DNA of 64,000 nucleotides. Origin: the human T2T-CHM13v2.0 reference genome, Homo sapiens. The translations under genes were made by a program, and so were the position numbers. A model generated the notes under the pieces. The model searched no databases. It was not told the origin of the DNA and saw only the letters and a list, made by a program, of their open reading frames with translations. Within the stretch, counting starts at the first letter, position 1; the number at the start of each line of letters is the position of its first letter. Positions 54,801-64,000 of the stretch are shown here, piece after piece. The stretch lies in NCBI RefSeq assembly GCF_009914755.1, contig NC_060947.1, one strand, 5' to 3'.

Positions 54801-57800
54801 AAAAGGAGGGTTCAACTGTGTGACTTGAATGCAATCATCACTCAGAAGTTTCTGAGAATGCTTCTCTTTAGTTTTTACGTGAACATATACCCGTTTCGAA
54901 CGAAGGCCAGCCAGTGGTCCAAATATCCACTTGCAGATTCTACAGAAAGAGTGTTTCGAACCTGAACTCTCAAAGGCAGGTTCATCTCTGCGAGTTAAAT
55001 GCATTCATCATGAAGAACTTTCTCAGAGTGTTTGTGTTTAGTTATGGGAAATTATTCCCGTTTCCAACGAAATCCTCAGAGAGCTCCAAATATCCACCTG
55101 CAGATTCTACCAAAAGTGTATTTGGAAACTGCTCCATCAAAAGGCATGTTCAGCTCTGTGAGTGAAACTCCATCATCACAAAGAATATTCTGAGAATGCT
55201 TCCGTTTGCCTTTTATATGAAGTTCCTTCCTATACGACCGTAGGCCTCAAAGCAGTCCAAATCTCCATTTGCAGATTCTACAAAAAGAGTGATTCCAATC
55301 TGCTCTATCAATAGGATTGTTCAACTCCATGAGTTGAATGCCATCCTCACAAAGTCGTTTCTGAGAATGCTTCTATCTAGTTTTTATGTGAAGATATTTC
55401 CTTTTCCACCACAGGCCTCAAAGCCCTCCAAACGTCCACTTGCAGATTCTCGAAAAAGAGTGTTTCATAGCTGCTCTTTCAAAAGGAAAGTTCAACTCTG
55501 GGAGTTGAATACAAACATCACAAAGTAGTTTCCGAGAATGCTTCTGTTTAGTTTTTATGTGAAGATGATCCCGTTTCCAGTGAAATCTTCAAAGAGGTCC
55601 ACATATCCCCTTGCAGATTCCAAAGAAAGAGGGTTTCAAAACTGCTCCATCAGAAGGATTGTTCAACTCTGTGAGTTGAATGCAGTCATCGCAGAAAACT
55701 TTCTGAGAATGCTTCTGTCTAGGTTTGATGTGAAGATATAGACGTTTCAAACGAAGGCTACAAAGTGGTCAAAATATACACTTGCAGATTCTACTACAAG
55801 GGTGTTGCAAACCTGAACTATCAAAGGAAGGTTCAACTCTGTGAGTTGAATACAAACATCACAAAGAATGTTCTGAGTTTGCTTCCGTTCAGTTATGGGA
55901 AGTTGATCCCGTTTCCAACGAAATCCTCAGAGAGGTCCAAATATCCCCTTGCAGATTCTACAAAACGTGTGTTTGGAAACTGCTCCATCATAACGAATGT
56001 TCAGCTCCCTGAGTTAAACTCCATCGTCACAAAGAATTTTCTGAGATTGCTACCGTCTGGTTTTTATATGAAGCTCTTTCCTTCACTACCACAGGCCTCA
56101 AAGCGGTCCAAATCTCCACTTCCAGATTCTACAAAAAGAGTGTTTGCAAACTGCTCTATCAAAAGGAATGTTCAACTCTGGGAGTTGAATGCAATCATCA
56201 CAGAGCAGTTTCTGAGAATGCTTCTATGTCGTTTTTAGGAGAAGATATTTCCTTTTCCAACACAGTCCTCCAAGCCAGCTAAATAGCCACTTGCACATTG
56301 TAGAAAAAGTGTGTCAAAGCTGCGCTATCAAAGGGAAAGTTCAACTCTGTGAGGTGAATGCAAACATCCCAAAGAAGTTTCTGAGAATGCTTCCGTTTAG
56401 CTTTTAGGTGAAGATTATCCCGTTTCCAACGAAACCTTCAAAGAGGTCCAAATATCCCCTTGCGGATCCCACAGAAAGAGTGTTTCGAAACTGCTGTTTC
56501 AAAAGGAATCTTCAACTCTGTGAGTTGAATGCAATCATCGCAAAGAAGTTTCTGACAATGCTTCTCTCTCGTCTTTCTGTGAAGATAAAGGAAAAGGCTT
56601 TCAGGCCTTTTCCACCACAGGCCTGAAAGCGCTCCAAATGTCCACTTGCAGATTCTGCCAAAAGAATATTTCAAAACTGCTCTATGAAAAGCAATGTTAA
56701 ACTCTGTGACTCGAACACAAACATCACAAAGCGGTTTCTGAGAATGCTTCAGTTTAGTTTTTTTGTGGAAATATTCCCGTTTCCAAAGAAATCTTCAAAG
56801 AGGTCCACGTATCCACTTACAGATTCTACAAAAAGACAGTTTCAAAACTGCTCCATCAAAAGGAGGGTTCAACTGTGTGACTTGAATGCAATCATCACTC
56901 AGAAGTTTCTGAGAATGCTTCTCTTTAGTTTTTACGTGAACATATACCCGTTTCGAACGAAGGCCAGCCAGTGGTCCAAATATCCACTTGCAGATTCTAC
57001 AGAAAGAGTGTTTCGAACATGAACTCTCAAAGGCAGGTTCATCTCTGCGAGTTAAATGCATTCATCATGAAGAACTTTCTCAGAGTGTTTGTGTTTAGTT
57101 ATGGGAAATTATTCCCGTTTCCAACGAAATCCTCAGAGAGCTCCAAATATCCACCTGCAGATTCTACCAAAAGTGTATTTGGAAACTGCTCCATCAAAAG
57201 GCATGTTCAGCTCTGTGAGTGAAACTCCATCATCACAAAGAATATTCTGAGAATGCTTCCGTTTGCCTTTTATATGAAGTTCCTTCCTATACGACCGTAG
57301 GCCTCAAAGCAGTCCAAATCTCCATTTGCAGATTCTACAAAAAGAGTGATTCCAATCTGCTCTATCAATAGGATTGTTCAACTCCATGAGTTGAATGCCA
57401 TCCTCACAAAGTCGTTTCTGAGAATGCTTCTATCTAGTTTTTATGTGAAGATATTTCCTTTTCCACCACAGGCCTCAAAGCCCTCCAAACGTCCACTTGC
57501 AGATTCTCGAAAAAGAGTGTTTCATAGCTGCTCTTTCAAAAGGAAAGTTCAACTCTGGGAGTTGAATACAAACATCACAAAGTAGTTTCCGAGAATGCTT
57601 CTGTTTAGTTTTTATGTGAAGATGATCCCGTTTCCAGTGAAATCTTCAAAGAGGTCCACATATCCCCTTGCAGATTCCAAAGAAAGAGGGTTTCAAAACT
57701 GCTCCATCAGAAGGATTGTTCAACTCTGTGAGTTGAATGCAGTCATCGCAGAAAACTTTCTGAGAATGCTTCTGTCTAGGTTTGATGTGAAGATATAGAC

Positions 57801-60800
57801 GTTTCAAACGAAGGCTACAAAGTGGTCAAAATATACACTTGCAGATTCTACTACAAGGGTGTTGCAAACCTGAACTATCAAAGGAAGGTTCAACTCTGTG
57901 AGTTGAATACAAACATCACAAAGAATGTTCTGAGTTTGCTTCCGTTCAGTTATGGGAAGTTGATCCCGTTTCCAACGAAATCCTCAGAGAGGTCCAAATA
58001 TCCCCTTGCAGATTCTACAAAACGTGTGTTTGGAAACTGCTCCATCATAACGAATGTTCAGCTCCCTGAGTTAAACTCCATCGTCACAAAGAATTTTCTG
58101 AGAGTGCTACCGTCTGGTTTTTATATGAAGCTCTTTCCTTCACTACCACAGGCCTCAAAGCGGTCCAAATCTCCACTTGCAGATTCTACAAAAAGAGTGT
58201 TTGCAAACTGCTCTATCAAAAGGAATGTTCAACTCTGGGAGTTGAATGCAATCATCACAGAGCAGTTTCTGAGAATGCTTCTATGTCGTTTTTAGGAGAA
58301 GATATTTCCTTTTCCAACACAGTCCTCCAAGCCCGCTAAATAGCCACTTGCACATTGTAGAAAATGTGTGTCAAAGCTGTGCTATCAAAGGGAAAGTTCA
58401 ACTCTGTGAGGTGAATGCAAACATCCCAAAGAAGTTTCTGAGAATGCTTCCGTTTAGCTTTTAGGTGAAGATTATCCCGTTTCCAACGAAACCTTCAAAG
58501 AGGTCCAAATATCCCCTTGCGGATCCCACAGAAAGAGTGTTTCGAAACTGCTGTTTCAAAAGGAATCTTCAACTCTGTGAGTTGAATGCAATCATCACAA
58601 AGAAGTTTCTGACAATGCTTCTCTCTCGTCTTTCTGTGAAGCTAAAGGAAAAGGCTTTCAGGCCTTTTCCACCACAGGCCTGAAAGCGCTCCAAATGTCC
58701 ACTTGCAGATTCTGCGAAAAGAATATTTCAAAACTGCTCTATGAAAAGCAATGTTAAACTCTGTGGCTCGAACACAAACATCACAAAGCAGTTTCTGAGA
58801 ATGCTTCAGTTTAGTTTTTCTGTGGAAATATTCCCGTTTCCAAAGAAATCTTCAAAGAGGTCCACGTATCCACTTACAGATTCTACAAAAAGACAGTTTC
58901 AAAACTGCTCCATCAAAAGGAGGGTTCAACTGTGTGACTTGAATGCAATCATCACTCAGAAGTTTCTGAGAATGCTTCTCTTTAGTTTTTACGTGAACAT
59001 ATACCCGTTTCGAACGAAGGCCAGCCAGTGGTCCAAATATCCACTTGCAGATTCTACAGAAAGAGTGTTTCGAACCTGAACTCTCAAAGGCAGGTTCATC
59101 TCTGCGAGTTAAATGCATTCATCATGAAGAACTTTCTCAGAGTGTTTGTGTTTAGTTATGGGAAATTATTCCCGTTTCCAAAGAAATCCTCAGAGAGCTC
59201 CAAATATCCACCTGCAGATTCTACCAAAAGTGTATTTGGAAACTGCTCCATCAAAAGGCATGTTCAGCTCTGTGAGTGAAACTCCATCATCACAAAGAAT
59301 ATTCTGAGAATGCTTCCGTTTGCCTTTTATATGAAGTTCCTTCCTATACGACCGTAGGCCTCAAAGCAGTCCAAATCTCCATTTGCAGATTCTACAAAAA
59401 GAGTGATTCCAATCTGCTCTATCAATAGGATTGTTCAACTCCATGAGTTGAATGCCATCCTCACAAAGTCGTTTCTGAGAATGCTTCTATCTAGTTTTTA
59501 TGTGAAGATATTTCCTTTTCCACCACAGGCCTCAAAGCCCTCCAAACGTCCACTTGCAGATTCTCGAAAAAGAGTGTTTCATAGCTGCTCTTTCAAAAGG
59601 AAAGTTCAACTCTGGGAGTTGAATACAAACATCACAAAGTAGTTTCCGAGAATGCTTCTGTTTAGTTTTTATGTGAAGATGATCCCGTTTCCAGTGAAAT
59701 CTTCAAAGAGGTCCACATATCCCCTTGCAGATTCCAAAGAAAGAGGGTTTCAAAACTGCTCCATCAGAAGGATTGTTCAACTCTGTGAGTTGAATGCAGT
59801 CATCGCAGAAAACTTTCTGAGAATGCTTCTGTCTAGGTTTGATGTGAAGATATAGACGTTTCAAACGAAGGCTACAAAGTGGTCAAAATATACACTTGCA
59901 GATTCTACTACAAGGGTGTTGCAAACCTGAACTATCAAAGGAAGGTTCAACTCTGTGAGTTGAATACAAACATCACAAAGAATGTTCTGAGTTTGCTTCC
60001 GTTCAGTTATGGGATGTTGATCCCGTTTCCAACGAAATCCTCAGAGAGGTCCAAATATCCCCTTGCAGATTCTACAAAACGTGTGTTTGGAAACTGCTCC
60101 ATCATAACGAATGTTCAGCTCCCTGAGTTAAACTCCATCGTCACAAAGAATTTTCTGAGAGTGCTACCGTCTGGTTTTTATATGAAGCTCTTTCCTTCAC
60201 TACCACAGGCCTCAAAGCGGTCCAAATCTCCACTTGCAGATTCTACAGAAAGAGTGTTTGCAAACTGCTCTATCAAAAGGAATGTTCAACTCTGGGAGTT
60301 GAATGCAATCATCACAGAGCAGTTTCTGAGAATGCTTCTATGTCGTTTTTAGGAGAAGATATTTCCTTTTCCAACACAGTCCTCCAAGCCCGCTAAATAG
60401 CCACTTGCACATTGTAGAAAAAGTGTGTCAAAGCTGCGCTATCAAAGGGAAAGTTCAACTCTGTGAGGTGAATGCAAACATCCCAAAGAAGTTTCTGAGA
60501 ATGCTTCCATTTAGCTTTTAGGTGAAGATTATCCCGTTTCCAACGAAACCTTCAAAGAGGTCCAAATATCCCCTTGCGGATCCCACAGAAAGAGTGTTTC
60601 GAAACTGCTGTTTCAAAAGGAATCTTCAACTCTGTGAGTTGCATGCAATCATCACAAAGAAGTTTCTGACAATGCTTCTCTCTCGTCTTTCTGTGAAGAT
60701 AAAGGAAAAGGCTTTCAGGCCTTTTCCACCACAGGCCTGAAAGCGCTCCAAATGTCCACTTGCAGATTCTGCGAAAAGAATATTTCAAAACTGCTCTATG

Positions 60801-63800
60801 AAAAGCAATGTTAAACTCTGTGGCTCGAACACAAACATCACAAAGCGGTTTCTGAGAATGCTTCAGTTTAGTTTTTCTGTGGAAATATTCCCGTTTCCAA
60901 AGAAATCTTCAAAGAGGTCCACGTATCCACTTACAGATTCTACAAAAAGACAGTTTCAAAACTGCTCCATCAAAAGGAGGGTTCAACTGTGTGACTTGAA
61001 TGCAATCATCACTCAGAAGTTTCTGAGAATGCTTCTCTTTAGTTTTTACGTGAACATATACCCGTTTCGAACGAAGGCCAGCCAGTGGTCCAAATATCCA
61101 CTTGCAGATTCTACAGAAAGAGTGTTTCGAACCTGAACTCTCAAAGGCAGGTTCATCTCTGCGAGTTAAATGCATTCATCATGAAGAACTTTCTCAGAGT
61201 GTTTGTGTTTAGTTATGGGAAATTATTCCCGTTTCCAACGAAATCCTCAGAGAGCTCCAAATATCCACCTGCAGATTCTACCAAAAGTGTATTTGGAAAC
61301 TGCTCCATCAAAAGGCATGTTCAGCTCTGTGAGTGAAACTCCATCATCACAAAGAATATTCTGAGAATGCTTCCGTTTGCCTTTTATATGAAGTTCCTTC
61401 CTATACGACCGTAGGCCTCAAAGCAGTCCAAATCTCCATTTGCAGATTCTACAAAAAGAGTGATTCCAATCTGCTCTATCAATAGGATTGTTCAACTCCA
61501 TGAGTTGAATGCCATCCTCACAAAGTCGTTTCTGAGAATGCTTCTATCTAGTTTTTATGTGAAGATATTTCCTTTTCCACCACAGGCCTCAAAGCCCTCC
61601 AAACGTCCACTTGCAGATTCTCGAAAAAGAGTGTTTCATAGCTGCTCTTTCAAAAGGAAAGTTCAACTCTGGGAGTTGAATACAAACATCACAAAGTAGT
61701 TTCCGAGAATGCTTCTGTTTAGTTTTTATGTGAAGATGATCCCGTTTCCAGTGAAATCTTCAAAGAGGTCCACATATCCCCTTGCAGATTCCAAAGAAAG
61801 AGGGTTTCAAAACTGCTCCATCAGAAGGATTGTTCAACTCTGTGAGTTGAATGCAGTCATCGCAGAAAACTTTCTGAGAATGCTTCTGTCTAGGTTTGAT
61901 GTGAAGATATAGACGTTTCAAACGAAGGCTACAAAGTGTTCAAAATATACACTTGCAGATTCTACTACAAGGGTGTTGCAAACCTGAACTATCAAAGGAA
62001 GGTTCAACTCTGTGAGTTGAATACAAACATCACAAAGAATGTTCTGAGTTTGCTTCCGTTCAGTTATGGGAAGTTGATCCCGTTTCCAACGAAATCCTCA
62101 GAGAGGTCCAAATATCCCCTTGCAGATTCTACAAAACGTGTGTTTGGAAACTGCTCCATCATAACGAATGTTCAGCTCCCTGAGTTAAACTCCATCGTCA
62201 CAAAGAATTTTCTGAGAGTGCTACCGTCTGGTTTTTATATGAAGCTCTTTCCTTCACTACCACAGGCCTCAAAGCGGTCCAAATCTCCACTTGCAGATTC
62301 TACAAAAAGAGTGTTTGCAAACTGCTCTATCAAAAGGAATGTTCAACTCTGGGAGTTGAATGCAATCATCACAGAGCAGTTTCTGAGAATGCTTCTATGT
62401 CGTTTTTAGGAGAAGATATTTCCTTTTCCAACACAGTCCTCCAAGCCCGCTAAATAGCCACTTGCACATTGTAGAAAAAGTGTGTCAAAGCTGCGCTATC
62501 AAAGGGAAAGTTCAACTCTGTGAGGTGAATGCAAACATCCCAAAGAAGTTTCTGAGAATGCTTCCATTTAGCTTTTAGGTGAAGATTATCCCGTTTCCAA
62601 CGAAACCTTCAAAGAGGTCCAAATATCCCCTTGCGGATCCCACAGAAAGAGTGTTTCGAAACTGCTGTTTCAAAAGGAATCTTCAACTCTGTGAGTTGCA
62701 TGCAATCATCACAAAGAAGTTTCTGACAATGCTTCTCTCTCGTCTTTCTGTGAAGATAAAGGAAAAGGCTTTCAGGCCTTTTCCACCACAGGCCTGAAAG
62801 CGCTCCAAATGTCCACTTGCAGATTCTGCCAAAAGAATATTTCAAAACTGCTCTATGAAAAGCAATGTTAAACTCTGTGGCTCGAACACAAACATCACAA
62901 AGCAGTTTCTGAGAATGCTTCAGTTTAGTTTTTCTGTGGAAATATTCCCGTTTCCAAAGAAATCTTCAAAGAGGTCCACGTATCCACTTACAGATTCTAC
63001 AAAAAGACAGTTTCAAAACTGCTCCATCAAAAGGAGGGTTCAACTGTGTGACTTGAATGCAATCATCACTCAGAAGTTTCTGAGAATGCTTCTCTTTAGT
63101 TTTTACGTGAACATATACCCGTTTCGAACGAAGGCCAGCCAGTGGTCCAAATATCCACTTGCAGATTCTACAGAAAGAGTGTTTCGAACCTGAACTCTCA
63201 AAGGCAGGTTCATCTCTGCGAGTTAAATGCATTCATCATGAAGAACTTTCTCAGAGTGTTTGTGTTTAGTTATGGGAAATTATTCCCGTTTCCAACGAAA
63301 TCCTCAGAGAGCTCCAAATATCCACCTGCAGATTCTACCAAAAGTGTATTTGGAAACTGCTCCATCAAAAGGCATGTTCAGCTCTGTGAGTGAAACTCCA
63401 TCATCACAAAGAATATTCTGAGAATGCTTCCGTTTGCCTTTTATATGAAGTTCCTTCCTATACGACCGTAGGCCTCAAAGCAGTCCAAATCTCCATTTGC
63501 AGATTCTACAAAAAGAGTGATTCCAATCTGCTCTATCAATAGGATTGTTCAACTCCATGAGTTGAATGCCATCCTCACAAAGTCGTTTCTGAGAATGCTT
63601 CTATCTAGTTTTTATGTGAAGATATTTCCTTTTCCACCACAGGCCTCAAAGCCCTCCAAACGTCCACTTGCAGATTCTCGAAAAAGAGTGTTTCATAGCT
63701 GCTCTTTCAAAAGGAAAGTTCAACTCTGGGAGTTGAATACAAACATCACAAAGTAGTTTCCGAGAATGCTTCTGTTTAGTTTTTATGTGAAGATGATCCC

Positions 63801-64000
63801 GTTTCCAGTGAAATCTTCAAAGAGGTCCACATATCCCCTTGCAGATTCCAAAGAAAGAGGGTTTCAAAACTGCTCCATCAGAAGGATTGTTCAACTCTGT
63901 GAGTTGAATGCAGTCATCGCAGAAAACTTTCTGAGAATGCTTCTGTCTAGGTTTGATGTGAAGATATAGACGTTTCAAACGAAGGCTACAAAGTGGTCAA

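Larger units (their letters stand above)
1..64000. repeat. DXZ1: Alpha-satellite higher-order repeat array (12-mer, ~2057 bp), consistent with human chrX centromeric DXZ1
   Basis: The same sequence recurs with unit starts at 1, 2057, 4114, 6171, 8228, 10285, 12342, 14399, 16453, 18510, 20564, 22621, 24674, 26728, 28784, 30838, 32895, 34952, 37009, 39066, 41123, 43180, 45237, 47294, 49351, 51408, 53465, 55522, 57579, 59636, 61693 and 63750 (partial). Alphoid motifs are present (TTCAACTCTGTGAGTTGAATGCA, TTTCTGAGAATGCTTC, CACTTGCAGATTCTAC, CENP-B boxes). There is one BamHI GGATCC (943-948) and one PstI CTGCAG (1633-1638) per unit. The DXZ1 assignment rests on established knowledge: 2057-bp 12-mer, 2.0-kb BamHI repeat, 186-bp monomer. 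Confidence 0.97.

Noticed and set aside
17-63969. ORFs of 66-157 aa repeated in every HOR on both strands
   Set aside because: They are translations of alphoid monomers with internal ~57-aa periodicity and no recognisable domain. They overlap in several frames, many begin at GTG/TTG, and they are freely broken by stops and frameshifts (e.g. the 79-aa ORF is absent in seven units and the 157-aa ORF is truncated at 35638).
1-64000. CRISPR-like array (conserved motif recurring with variable intervening sequence)
   Set aside because: The intervening sequences are homologous monomer bodies that repeat every 12 monomers, not unique spacers. There are no cas genes and the period is ~171 bp.
1-64000. 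Mobile element insertion, inversion or monomer-deleted HOR variant
   Set aside because: Unit spacing stays at 2053-2057 bp throughout and orientation is constant, leaving no room for inserted or deleted monomers. I saw no poly-A tail or target-site duplication.
1-64000. Claim that this window is the CENP-A/kinetochore domain
   Set aside because: This cannot be determined from sequence; it needs methylation or CENP-A mapping data.

Overview
The whole 64 kb window is primate centromeric alpha-satellite DNA, with no genes. It is a head-to-tail array of 31 complete copies plus a 251-bp partial copy of a ~2057-bp higher-order repeat (HOR) built from 12 diverged ~171-bp monomers. The 2057-bp 12-mer, its single BamHI and PstI sites, its pentameric (suprachromosomal family 3) substructure and its 186-bp monomer all fit DXZ1, the active centromeric array of the human X chromosome. 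I saw no transposon insertion, inversion or monomer-deletion HOR variant. Every ORF in the track is a spurious repeat of satellite sequence. I found no new gene-based system. The informative signal lies in the variants: (i) an 18-nt insert in monomer 7 made of inverted copies of adjacent sequence, giving two mutually exclusive hairpins in every HOR; (ii) local HOR haplotype blocks, a two-HOR (4110-4111 bp) super-periodicity and chimeric HORs with narrowly mappable junctions; (iii) clustered loss of one CENP-B box in neighbouring HORs; (iv) hints of short conversion tracts and palindrome-templated mutations. Units U1-U31 are numbered from the window start and monomers m1-m12 in my own phase. 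Variants were read by eye, so the lists may be incomplete.
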